From the NCBI GenBank assembly GCA_028534125.1, contig CM052817.1, positions 14,014,001 through 14,078,000 on the forward strand: DNA of 64,000 nt. The letters run 5' to 3'. The notes beneath the pieces were generated by a model. That model saw only the letters and a program-made list of their open reading frames with translations. It was not told where the DNA came from and made no database searches. The stretch comes from Lama glama (lineage: Eukaryota). Positions within the stretch are counted from its first letter, which is position 1; each line of letters opens with the position of its first letter. Below are positions 1 to 12,430 of the stretch, in pieces. The position numbers and the translations under genes are program-made.

Positions 1-1867
1 CTTTGAAGCTCTGAGCCACACAATCATGAAACCCAAGGTACCGAAATTATAAAAAGAGATTTTTTTAATTCTAAATTTTCTCCAGTATATCTATATATCT
101 GTATACCTATATCCATATCTCTATATAACTAGTATAATAGTGTTTTATTATAAACCATTGGTTGGAGACAATTAACAAGATTTATTTAAGGAAAGGTCCC
201 GTAAGACAAAAAGAGGAATTAGAGTCTTTTGTTATCAAAAGAGAAAGACAAGTAGAAGAGAGATGGGAGATTAAATGCTCACTTTTCCCTCCTGGGGGTG
301 ATGCTCCAAGTGAAAACAGTATGAGTTCACTTTTCTGAGATGTAGTTATTTCATTGTGCTCTACTTATAGAAGCTTTGTCGCTATGGCTCATTTTTTGCA
401 TATGTAACAATGCACCTAGCACAAAAAAAAGATCCTTTATAAACATTTGTTGAATGACAAAGTAACTTAGTAGTGCTAATTAAGGAAAGACAAAAGTTTA
501 GTGATTAATTTCTAACATGTTTCCTTAACTGTTTCCCACATCACTCTTCAAACACCCCTTCCCATCCTTGCACTCCGTGTCCACATCACACTGTTCCACC
601 TAATGGATTTTTTTTTAATTTCACAGAGTTTCTGGTATCAGAGGTGATGTGTTTTCACTAAAATTCATAGACAAAAACCATGCTACTGGCTTCCACTTCA
701 TTTGAACATGCAGCATTCTATACTTGAGCCATGTGATTTAGGAGATTTTTTTTAATTCAGTCGTTCCTTGCTTTGCAAAGGTCGATGGAAGACAGGTAAA
801 GAAAGGGATGTGTAAAAGCACATTTACCTTTTTCATCACTAAAGGGACAGGTCTCTACATTTGGACTCTTTAATCTACTATAATAGATACAGTGAAATAT
901 TAAAAGAGAATTTCTTTTTTCAGGCCCATTTCACAACACTCCTACCAAACTTAAGATTTCTAAAATCTAATAGAGAGGAAAACTTAAGCATTAAAAAATA
1001 GAACTTTAGGATATTATAGAGTTTTCCATTTCTCTCTTATTGTATCACTATTAATTAGTTAGCATTAATTAACTGTCTTCCAGATAGGATACCCAGGGCC
1101 ATATGTTGGGAGGTACAAAACCTAGGTAGAACAGATTCTGCCCCCAAAAGTACGTAGGGTATTTCAATTTATTGATATTTTCTAACCACTCTTTATAAAT
1201 ACCCCACCCCTCATAACAAAATTTTTCATTTTGTTTTGTTGGCAAAACACAAAAAAGAAGAAATTTATTCAGGTTAGATGAGAGAGATGCAAAATTAAAA
1301 TATAAAGGAATAGGTACTGGAGACTTATGTATTTTCTATAAAAATCCAAACTATTTTTTAAAGAAACATTTTAATTAAGCATTTAAATCCTTTGTTTTTC
1401 CCCCTTCTTTGCTCAATGTGCTTTATATCAAGTTACATCCTCAGTACCTTTCACATCCATCATTACCTCTCTATTCTTATAAACGCAGTCAAATTCAATC
1501 TGAGGGCAAGACCAGCTGTTTCTGTGCAGGGTGTAGAGTTTTCCCAAACTGGAGCTGAAATTTCCAGTGCATGACTAAGAAAATATTCTGCTTAGTACGA
1601 GCTAGACCAAGAAAAGTGGACCTTAATACAGGGACTTTAGGCTAGGAAATGGTATATCCAGGAGGAAATCTTAGGTAAAGATGTAATATATTTCCCTGGA
1701 ACAGTCACACTTGGTATTTATGGGTCAGGCAGTGTTAGGCACATGGGATTAAATCCCGCAAAAATTCAATTTTAGGATTTTCATTTTCAAACCATTATTT
1801 CCAACCTTCAGTAAAGTATTATTTAATGGCTTTGGGAAAAATTGAGATAAAATTGGCAGGTAACATT

Positions 1868-2101
1868 GTATTAGCTTTCAATGTACAACATAATAATTTG
1901 ATATATGGGTACACTGCAAAATGATTACCACAATAAATTTAGTTAACATCCATCCCCACGTATAGTTAGAAAAAAAAAGGTTTTTTGGGATGAGAACTTT
2001 TAAGATCTCTCTTTGCTACTTTCAAATATATAACACAGTATTAGGTGTCTCGTTAGTGCAGTAGGTAGCGCGTCAGTCTCATATATAACACAGTATTGTT
2101 A
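1868..2101 (-). mobile_element. Old L1 3'-end fragment (L1MA9-like), host of the tRNA-half insertion
   Basis: 'tgtacaacatataatttgatatatg...aaatgattaccacaataaatttagttaacatccatc...gatgagaacttttaagatct...ttcaaatatataacacagtatt' matches the antisense L1MA-class 3' UTR as I recall it. Confidence 0.75.
2047..2083 (+). pseudogene. 5'-half elongator tRNA-Met(CAT) tailless retropseudogene
   Basis: gtctcgttagtgcagtaggtagcgcgtcagtctcata vs mammalian tRNA-Met GCCTCGTTAGCGCAGTAGGTAGCGCGTCAGTCTCATA: two C>T differences. Anticodon CAT at 2080-2082; no 3' half, B box or poly(A). Exact 17-bp direct repeat atatataacacagtatt at 2026-2042 and 2081-2097. Confidence 0.9.
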
Positions 2102-4299
2102 ATGTCTTTTTAAATGGTGTGGGCAATCAGGAAAGGAATAGCATGTATGCTTGGGGAAGGCCAGTGAAGCGAAGTGCAGCCTTCACTGCAGTGTGCCTCC
2201 TCTGTGGTCAGCTCAGAAGCAGAAGTAGTAGTCCAGTGGTGAGTCCAGTAGTCAGTACTTCCTGGGGATTCTCTGCAGGACAACAGGCTTAGTCTTTAGC
2301 TGGGGCCTAGGCTTTGAATAGGGGTAACTCCAAGTGTAGTCTGACTGAGGAGCAATGGTTCTCAAACCTGAGCCTTATGAAAATCACCTGCAGGCTCACT
2401 GAAATAAAGATGCTCAGAAATCCCGAGGCACATGGCTGGGGGAATGAGGAACTAGAGGAAGATGAACTCACTAGGCGTGGGTGGGAGCTAAGTCACGCCA
2501 TTATATGGGTAAGAATTAACCAGGTAGGGCAGAAACAGAAAAGGACTTTCAAAAAGCGTTAGCCCGTCTTCTTTTTCAAAGTTCCTTAGGAAACTTACTG
2601 CCAGACACTAACCATAGCAATATGAATTCTCCTTCTAAGATAAGCATAAAGGAAACTAAGGTATGGGAAATAATTGACTGCTGTCTTCATTTGCAGGGAA
2701 AATTGGATAACATGCTTGAGTAGTGAGGGCTATGGTAACCTAGAGGGAGGAACAGATGCTAGGAAGTGTCTGAGTGGGCAAAGGATGGCAAGTAAAGCAA
2801 TTATCACAAGCAAAGGGCCCTCTCTATTATTTTCTCGTGCTGTCACTTCTGAATCAGAGAAGGGCATTGTATTGTCATTTTTAAAGTAGACACACTGACA
2901 GGGTCCAATTTTATTTGTATGCATTCCTTTTTAAATATTAATATCCTGTTTGCCAGCAACACAATTGTCCAGTAGGAACATTAGGCCACTATGACTGACA
3001 GGAGGCCACAATGAGAGACATGAAAGTCTACTGAAATAAGAGAAAAGTAGACACTCTTTCATCAGGAGAATTGATGTAACTTATGCTTACTTTGGTCAGC
3101 ATTAAAGTCAGCCTGGAGTCTCAAAAAACACTGTAGCTGACATGAGACAATGAACTATGCTTAGAGCTGAGGGGAAGCTATTGGGGAATCCACAGTATTT
3201 TTTAGACAACTTACAAGTGGGATACGTAGTGAAATAATTCAAATTGACAACATCTAAGTGTCATTTAAGGTAGTATGCCTATTGGCTAACTGGCCAAGAT
3301 AAAAGGTGGTACCCCATGTTAGAAATAGTGAGAATTAAGGTATATGTTTTCTAGTATGAATTTAAACTCAGCTAAACCTCTAAAATGAGGGAAGTAGACC
3401 AATGATCTCTAAGATCCCTTTTTTAAGTTCTGGTCATTTATAATTCTGCAAGTTTCTTTTTTTCTTAACCGACAAACTGGAAAGCAAAATATTTAAAAAA
3501 CCCGTATCTCTTATTTGAGCATTCATTCTTATCAAAGCAATGTTTCTAACCTCCCTTCCAATCCAGCTACCGCCAAAGTAACATTAATTAAGCCTTTTCA
3601 GTTTTGATCTTTCCTTCATTCAACCCAAAATGCACTCAGCACCCATCCTTTTTCAGTCACTGTGAGGGTTAAGAAAGGAACTTCTATTTCAACAAGACTT
3701 TCAACTGACAAAATCACCATTCTTGACAGGCCTGAAACACTTTGGTATCACTGACAAACCTAAAACAGTATCTTGCACATAATATGTTCTCAGTGAGACT
3801 TGGTAGAGTTAACTTTTTCCTCCTTTTCCTGCTTTTCTCTTTTCTTCTCCTCTTCTGTCAGGCTTGCTTTTTTATTTAGTACAATTTATTTCCCTATTGA
3901 TATATCTTTTATCCTAATGAACCGAGGTAAAAATGACTCCACAGTAGCCTATTCTTGCATCACATTATACACTTACTAGCGTTTATTTTAATGGCTTGCA
4001 CAAATATTTCAAAATGGTAAAGGCTCTTATGAATAGCTTTTCTTCAGAGGGAAGGTAACAGAAGAGCTTGAGAGGGGAAAGGTTATCAGTAACATTCTGA
4101 CAATGGAAGAGATCAGCACACTATGAGGGAGGTTGTGCAATTACCTTCAGGGAAGCTTGCCATATGCCCATTATCAACACAGTGCAATGATGTTACAGAG
4201 AGTGAAGAAGCATCAATTAAATCAATTTACTCCAGATTCATTCTATGGGTAATAACTCAAAGGTAATTTTCTGAATATCTCTCAAGTAGATGTCAGCAT

Positions 4300-4535
4300 C
4301 ACTTAACCATCATTTACAAAAGGTATACTACGTGCCAGATATTTTTCTTTATCTAACCTCAAAATTGCCTGTGAGGGTTAAACTACAGATGAAACCAGAA
4401 GGCTAACAGGTGAAAATCTGAGGCTCAGAGAGGCTCAGTAATTTACCCAAGGTCACATAGGTAGTTAAGTGGCTGACCTAGGATTTGAAACCTTAGACTG
4501 AGTAAATCTAGCTCTTTATACTCCACTATACTGTT
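4300..4535 (-). mobile_element. MIR SINE
   Basis: Antisense MIR core 'gaaaatctgaggctcagagaggctcagtaatttacccaaggtcacatagg...aggatttgaaacc'. Confidence 0.8.
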
Positions 4536-4549
4536 TCTAAATTGGATCA

Positions 4550-5070
4550 CGAAATACAAGTGGAGCCAAAGATAAAAATAGTCACAGTATTCCAAATAGA
4601 TTCAAAGACCTTCAAAAGAAAGGCACTGATTTAAGATATTATTTACAGAAGAAATTCAAACAAAGCATCAAAGCGAAGTTAAAAAATGGAATGGAATGTG
4701 CTTCTGGTTTGCACTTCTTACAAGAACAACCTCATTAGATATGAGGAAATATGATGGATGAGGTGGATTGTTGTTAACTCACCACGAGCATATCTTTAAT
4801 AAAACATAATGAATTAATGAAGAACAGAGGAAAAGGATCAAGATACCCAATAAATTCAAAGAAAAGAAGGGTAAGGAATACAGAACTGTGTGTAAGAAGA
4901 TGCAAAAGAATATCAAAGAGAATTATGAAAAATTCAGGAGAAAGTGAAGAGTCTGCAGCACAAAAGATCTATATAAATAAATGAAAGAAAGATCTAGCTC
5001 AGAACATTACAATCACTAAAAAGTGAAACCAGGAACAAATAATAAATACAAAAGGACACAGATGAAACAC
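4550..5070 (+). mobile_element. Possible ancient RTE-clade LINE remnant (MamRTE-like)
   Basis: Purine-rich. 'aatagattcaaagacctt' reads NRFKDL, resembling the NRFxxL motif between the EN and RT domains of RTE LINEs, followed by K/E-rich degenerate codons. Heavily decayed. Confidence 0.35.
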
Positions 5071-7629
5071 TGATCCTTGCAACCCCATAGTACCAACCAC
5101 CATCCTCTGGTTTGCTTTGACTTTGATTTTCCCCAGACTAAAGGTTATTGATGTACATATACTATATAACAACACTGAAATGAATTCATAAGGTGTCAGT
5201 AAATGATACTCAGACCTGTATGAATTCAGAACCAGCCCTCAAAGGTAATTTTGTTATAGATTGTGCTGTATGTATCTCAGGTAACATCCAGATAAGAGTG
5301 ATACATTCTCAGAGAGGTATGAAACCAGAATTAGTACTAAGACGGTACAGAACGAAAATGTTCAAGAAAATATAGGGTGCTGCTTCAACTAGGGATCATA
5401 TCTCAAGATAGATTAATGTTGTGGATGAGCATATCGTCATTCGATTAAAATGATTTAAAAACTGAACTATAAGCTGCTAGGACAGATTAGTGCCCACAAA
5501 CCACTATTTCTCAAATGGAATAAGAAACACAAATAGGAAAACTTATAGATCCAAAAAAAAAGTAACTAATATTTGAAGTCTTCATCATAATGTTTGGTAT
5601 GGTGCACCCAAAATCACAATGAGTAGTCATTAAATAAAAGGTTATTTTATTTTAGGTGCTGGACACACACATGAACAAATACTCTATACTGCCACATTGT
5701 TCTCATAAACTCATTAGGGAACAGAGATATAAGAATATTCATAATTCATTCAAAGCCGTATAATGGAAGTATGTACATACAATCTTATAGGAACACAGAG
5801 ATCTGAAGGCAAGGAGGGTGTCCTCAATTTCTACTGGAGAAAAACTACCTTAAGAAGGCAGGTGAGTTATGCCAGGTGAGACTGCATAACTCTACGCAAA
5901 GTCAGAAAGAGTCTAGGTTCAAACTGCTCAATGAATAATCACAGTCATTTCTCCCAAGAGCCAGCAGAAGTTTCCAATAAAACTTAGTCTTAGTTGCTTC
6001 TCATTCTTTGGCCATAAGAAATCACCTCAATTTAGCAAAGCATAATGGTACCTGCAAAGCACTGAAATCAGAATTGATTCCACATATATTGCTTTTGCGT
6101 GAATATATGCAATGCGAATGTGTAACAGAAGTGATGCTGTTTAACAGCTCTAAAGAGTGCATCTATTCGTAAGTACAAAACGGAGAGATAAAATCGTATC
6201 CAATCTTCACGATCACTGTTCAAATTAGTCATTTAGGAAAAAATCCAGGACTAATGGTGAAGCTACTGATTTTTCTGCATTCTGCTAACAAACACAGCTC
6301 CAAAAATGGAAAATGAAAAGTAAGAGATGAAGTCCCCAGAGAAAAAAATTTAGAAAAGCAAATGGATGTGTAATCAATAGCTTCATCAATGTGTACCAGC
6401 AACCTTGGTAAAAGCAAAAAAAAAAAAAGCAAAAAAAAAAAAAAAAAGAAGCCCCAAGAACCAAAGCAAATGCATTTAAAGGTGGCATACGACAAACAGA
6501 AGGTTACATGGACCGGGTCAAATAATTGAACCATAGTCATAATCAGGCTGACTTGTTCTTTTATTAGTATAATTTTCAACCCGTTTCCAGAACTGATGTC
6601 TCTGAACCCAAGCTGATATTCAGGTCTAAATTCCAGAGCAAATCTACAAAGGAGGCAGAAAAATCTCTAGATCAATATAGCTAAAAGGTTTAGCAATCTC
6701 TAAGTTTTGTGTGTTAGATTAATTTACTGATCACAATTCTTCATTCTCTTGTAAAAAAATTGTATGTCCATATTATTGTCTGAGAGTGGGCAGAGAATAA
6801 TTCACTGTGTGAAGCTATGTAATTTGCTTTGGCCAATTGGATATTAGAAGATCTGATGCAAGCTGAAGACTGTACATATATAATTAAGCTTTCTCTGCTG
6901 ATTCAATGATCTGCCATGAGAAAAACATTCTTTAAAAACTGCTGCCTTTTCAGCCTGAGCTTCAGAACAAAACTTCACGGAAGCTTGATGTAAGATGTAA
7001 GATAAATAAATGGTAATAATCCATACCACCAATTATTAAGAAACAGTTAGAGGCCAGGCACATTTAAATACATATTTCAGTTAATTCTCTAAAATTAAAA
7101 AAAATTGCAAGGCAAATTTTATAATTGCCATTTTCTGGGTTAAATTCTTTCATTCTTTATCATGTCTATATTCTGAAGTCCTTCGGCTCAGGAGAGGAAC
7201 CTGCTCAAGATACCCCAGACCATTAATACTAGAACCATGATCCAAACTCAACTGTTGCTTTTTAGGCTGTTCCATGTCACATATTTAAAATGGAAGAATC
7301 ACGAGGCTTTGAAGTAGTAAGATAGATGTCCCTGTTATGATTGAATAGTTTCCAAGAGATAAAAATTGTCTCCTGTGTAGACCTGAAAATACTGATAAAA
7401 TGTCTTTGGCTCATCTGAAAGATAATAAGTACCATGGCACTTGGCAAGTATGGTCAGAGAAGTGAGGATGGGTTGGATAAAGTGATACAATTTTCATAAA
7501 GAAGTAACATTATTCATTGCAGCCATTCTAAGAAAGATTAATGGTGAAGTTTAGTGTCTGGATATTTTCCAGCTGGGAGACTGTCTTGATTCTGTTCTTA
7601 AGGGACAGACCAGCGTAAGTCTGAACATA

Positions 7630-7840
7630 AGAGATCAGTGCTTGGGCTCTGGAACTATATAGAACTGAGTTCACATTCTGAGTCTAACTTTTTCTGGCTT
7701 GATGAAGTTAACTCACAGTCCTGAAACCTCAGTTTTCTCATCCATAAAACAGGGCCAACAGTAATAACTACTTCATAGAGTTATTGAGGGAATTCAATGA
7801 AAATTGTCTTATAAAATAATTTAACACTATATCCAGATAC
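7630..7840 (+). mobile_element. MIR SINE
   Basis: 'gggctctggaac...cctcagttttctcatccataaaacaggg...ctacttcatagagttattgaggg'. Confidence 0.75.
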
Positions 7841-9399
7841 ACATATTGTGGTCGCCTGAAAAGCGATGTACTGAACTTCTACAAAATCACTGAGAATGGG
7901 AATTACTCTTTTCTAACGCAGAAGGGACTTTTGTAAGGGAAGAGAAAGGCAGGGAGACGTGCACATAGAAAGGGAGGAGGAAAAGGAAAGTGCAAGAAAT
8001 TTAAACTGTTTGGTCACTGGCGTAGAGAAATGTAAACCAGGGCATGACGGAGAACATCTAGACAAGCAAATATACACACGATGGGGCACAGAGGACAAGT
8101 CTTTGAAGGGTATGATTATGGATTACATTTCTCATAAGAACCAAATGCCAGTATAGTCAGTGGGACCAGGAAACGCCATTGTTGAGAGGTGAACAGAAGC
8201 GATTTAAAATGCAGCCGCTTTCACTTTGTACTAGTGAGATTAATCCGTGTTTTGAGCTGCTGTTTTCACCTCTTCCTTGTTTACTGGGTTTGAGACTAAT
8301 TGGGCTTGATTGCAATCGTGGGAAGCCACTAATTAAAATGATTAACAATATCAATAACAGCAAAGGGGATAGAAAAGGAAGCCTCTTATTTTTAATGGGC
8401 TGAACACTGATTCTTGCTGGCTGAATGAATAGAAGTTAATTGAAGAGTGACACTGGGTAGCAAATTTCTAAAATGTCTATTTTCACGCTCTTAATAAAGG
8501 GCACATTTTCTAGATGCTAGGAGCTGTATCAAAATCACAAATGCAGACAGGATTTTTTTTCCCTACTAGCTGAATTAAAATCAAATTCTAACCTCAATTG
8601 TTTGCAGGTACCTTGTTATGGAGAATGTCTTCTACTAAATGCTGTGCTTAACATTTGTAATATTTCAGCTTGGTCTTGACCTTTAAGTTATTCTAATCTG
8701 CTTCTATTTACAAATGCAATTTCTACAAATAGGCTTTGACTAGAACAGATTTTAGACGTAATAGCAAGAAAAATCCAGGCTCAAGAGAGAAGGGAAAGGC
8801 GCACCCCTCGAGCATCTCCTTAGTACTATGTCTTGACAATGCTGGGTGGCTTATTTCTAGAACACAAGTGCAGCCATTTGGATAGTACATTTTTCACCCT
8901 CCTCTAGCTCAAAGGGTTTCGTTGTTTCATTCCTGACATCCAACCCCAGTTTTCCGAGGCATAGGTGAACTCAATGTCATGAAAATCATAGGGAGCTACA
9001 TTTGGATTGTTTTGCTAGCCACTGAGGATGAGCCATACACAGTCAGCACCTGAGATACACCTGGTCCTTTCCCTCCTTCCTACTAATAGTTAATCCAGAA
9101 GGGACTATGAATGAAGGCACTAGAATACTTTATAAAATATTACTTATACTCCAGAAACCTGAGGTGTTTCCTCTCAACACCTCTATATTTGCTTTCATCT
9201 TTACATTTTTTGCAGGCAGCGACGGCATTTCCAATTGTGACTTATTTAACTTTTGATTTTATTTGTCTTTCCCTGGTTTAATGATAATTAACACTTGCAC
9301 AGAATACCTTGTTTCCAAAATGCATTCCCAAACCACTGCCTATTTCCTTCTTATCCTGTCTCCCTGATTAAGAAAAGGCAATAGAATGGAATCCCCTAG

Positions 9400-9620
9400 G
9401 GCACAGGATCTGGAATTCTAAGAACTAAGCTCAGAGACATCCCTGCACTTTTGGGACAAGTTATCAAACATACCTATGCCTTATTTCCATACCTATAAAA
9501 TGGGAGAAAAAGATATATATATCATATACCTAGTGGGATTGCCATGAAGATTTAAAAACTAATTCTTGTAAAAGTGCTTAGAACACTGCTCAGCCCAGAA
9601 CAACTACCTGATAAAGTGTT
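9400..9620 (+). mobile_element. MIR SINE
   Basis: 'ttgggacaagttatc...tttccatacctataaaatggg...tgtaaaagtgcttagaacactgc'. Confidence 0.7.
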
Positions 9621-9649
9621 GCCTGGTTTACTGTTCAGATAACTGTTAC

Positions 9650-9755
9650 TACTCTGTGAGTTCTTTTAGGGCTCGGCAGCAGATCACACTTGCGTTTGAA
9701 TCCTCAGTACCCGGCACAGCGCCTGGAGCATAGCAGGTGCTTAACAAAGAACTGT
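9650..9755 (+). mobile_element. L2 3'-end fragment
   Basis: 'ctgtgagttc...aatcctcagtacccggcacagcgcctggagcatagcaggtgcttaacaaa'. Confidence 0.6.
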
Positions 9756-11928
9756 GCCACCATTTTACAAGCTGACAAGTTACTTCTAAGAGGACAAGTA
9801 ACAGTGGCCTTCAATCCTTCTGGTGGAGTCAGGACAGGAAACCAAATTTCCACTTTAAGTGCAATGATCTTCCTAACTTAGCTCTGTGCCCCCATAAGCC
9901 ACTTACTTTGTCTCAACCCCTGCACATTTTAGAGTGCTAGGCAATGGGGATGCTCACTTATTACCTGCTGGATGGAATTTTCTCTTTGGGTTCTATTTTC
10001 TTGTGTTTGAAAATAAAGCAGAGGATAACAGGCAGTTTTACTATGTCTCACTCACAGCACTATTTCTCAGGCCATTCTGTTTGTTTTTTTTTCCCTTCAT
10101 ATATCTGTATTCCTTTGGCACAATTGTTTTCAAGAACAAAGACAAAAAAATTTAAAACAAAACATACTTTCTTCAAACAAAATCTTTCACAGAAACCAAA
10201 TTAGACAAGTAAAACACAGTTCTGGGGTATCTCCAGGGAATTCAAAAGCAAGAATTCTAGAACCTTGGACTTAACTAGGCAGCTGCTCAACTCCTCCCAG
10301 TTTCCCACTCCTTTCTCCTAAGCCCCAGAGGCAGTTTTCCTGAACCTTTATGATTTCAGGGAACACCATCTAAACCAACTGCCTTGGGCCCAGAAATTCT
10401 GGATGCCCCAGCTCCTGTTAACCTAACTTCCTTCCATGTGTTACAGAACTGTTTCCAGCTTGCAAAGAAGGTAAACTGAAATATATAAATGAGGTATTGT
10501 GGATCTTCCAGAGTGGCTTAATAATACTCAGTGATAGGGTAGCTAAGCGAGATAGCAAAGAAACCCTAACTCCTCTGTAACAAAAAGAGCTGATAAAGCT
10601 TTCATTACTTTCAATCTTCTTTAAATTAAAGCTGCTGTGGCTAAAGTGATTAGTCAACATGAAGTCAATAGACTTTAAGCTTTTATGCCTTTTTATTTTA
10701 CAAATGGCTGGGTGTGTGTGTGTCTGGTTGGTTAGTGGTCTGAAGGAGAGCACTAATTAAATTTTTATGCTCTTGTTATTTTAGTTCATACTTGTTAATG
10801 CTGTTCTCTGGCAATAGATTTCTTGAGTCTTTTTATGATGATGAAACATTCTGTTCTCGGAATTATTAGACAGTACTCCCTACCTGATATTTTCAAAGCC
10901 TGTGTTCACCTAAAAGCAAAGCTTCTCAATCTTACACATCTGTTTAGGCTTCCAATTGCAGACTACCTGCCAATTACAGGTTACACACACTTCAAAGCTT
11001 AAATGAGGCCCAGGAGGGAGACACAGGCCGTTTTGGTATTGGTGAAGGTAACACTTCTTTTCTAGAGCTAAAGTTCTCTAAGTATTCTGAAAGTAATTTT
11101 ATACAATTTGCTGCTGTTTAACAAATATATATAAAGTTAGATAGCTTTATGCAGTGTGTTGCATAGAGATATCTGGTCTTTTTTTAAACTTCAGTCAAGG
11201 AAGAATTTTTGTCATTTCTATAAAATGTTTACCATAAGAAATACACATAGTAATGATTTATTTCTGTGCAAAAATATGATTCAAATATGTCTTTTAGTAG
11301 GCCTTTTTTTTTTCCCCCTAGAGTGACTAGTAAATGTGAGTAAGCTGGTCTATGTACAAATGAGTTACCAATACCATATATTAAAAACTCTGGGGATTTT
11401 CATAAAGGACTTCAATGGTTATATGAAAAAATAGAAAGGGAATTATAAACTATTAGTGAAATATCATAAAGTAGATATTTAAACTAATGTGGATGTGTAA
11501 ATAAACTCAAATTGAAGTTTATTTACATAATAATCTTATCAATTATAGATGTTTCACATGTTTCTGCTAATTTAAATATGCATTTGAGGTTATAACTTAG
11601 AGAACATTGTTTTTTGAAACCTGAACAAAAATATGGCTTCAGGAGAATTTCAGAGATACAGCCAAGTTATGTTAAATATTAGAAATGATCAAAAAGAGGA
11701 GAAAGGAACCAAAAAGAGGGAAGTCTGCACCCTGATCTGACCTAGACCTTCTGGTGCTCCACATATGTCAGGGAGCATGTGACTATTTGAAGGCTATGTC
11801 CATGCATATTCCTGGATATCTGCATTAGGAAATCCCTTCCTAACTTCCAGTGGAATCTTAAACAGAATTAAGTATAGTAGAACCAATGAAACTCTGGGAA
11901 TGGGAACTCTTTCATATAACTCACTGAC

Positions 11929-12430
11929 TGTGGCAGGCCAGGCCGGCTGACTAATTAAGCGATGCTCATTCCCAATCTCTCTCCCTCACCTGCCTCCACT
12001 AGAAAGACTGTAAAAACCACATCTTCCCAGAGTCCCTTGCATGTTGGAATGGTCATGTGATACAGTCCAGCCAATGGGATATAAAGACAAGTCTGCCAGA
12101 CTGCTGGCAAAGTTAGTGCTTTCTGATAAATGGGACCGCCATGCTCAGAGCTGACACTGCCCTTCTCCCTTCTTCTTGCCTTGAGCATGGGTGTTATGCG
12201 TGGAACTGAGGCAGCTGCCTTGTGAGTATGAATGAAAGACAAGTCACAAGAGATATCAAATCATAGCACAACATGGTTGATCCACAAAATCAAAATAAGT
12301 AATTACTTCCAAACTTCTTGTTATGTGAGGAATTTAAGCTGCTCTTATTTAAGGCAGAATTGGGGGGGTTGTCTTGTTTTGATTTTTGGTTTCTGGGTTT
12401 TTGTTACAGAGGAAACATATATCTAATAGA
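11929..12430 (+). mobile_element. MaLR solo LTR (MLT1J/K-like)
   Basis: Starts 'tgtggcag', contains 'cccagagtcccttgca...ggtcatgtgatacagtccagccaatgggatataa', ends 'tttgttacag...atctaata'. Confidence 0.7.

Noticed and set aside
2047..2083. Functional tRNA-Met gene
   Set aside because: Lacks the 3' half (variable loop, T arm/B box, 3' acceptor strand) and a terminator; it cannot form a cloverleaf.
6078..6125. Possible hairpin around catatattgc...atatatgcaatg
   Set aside because: Pairing is short and driven by AT-rich self-complementarity.
6229..6579. 116-aa hydrophobic ORF with a poly-Phe stretch
   Set aside because: The apparent transmembrane segment is the antisense translation of a poly(A) tract.
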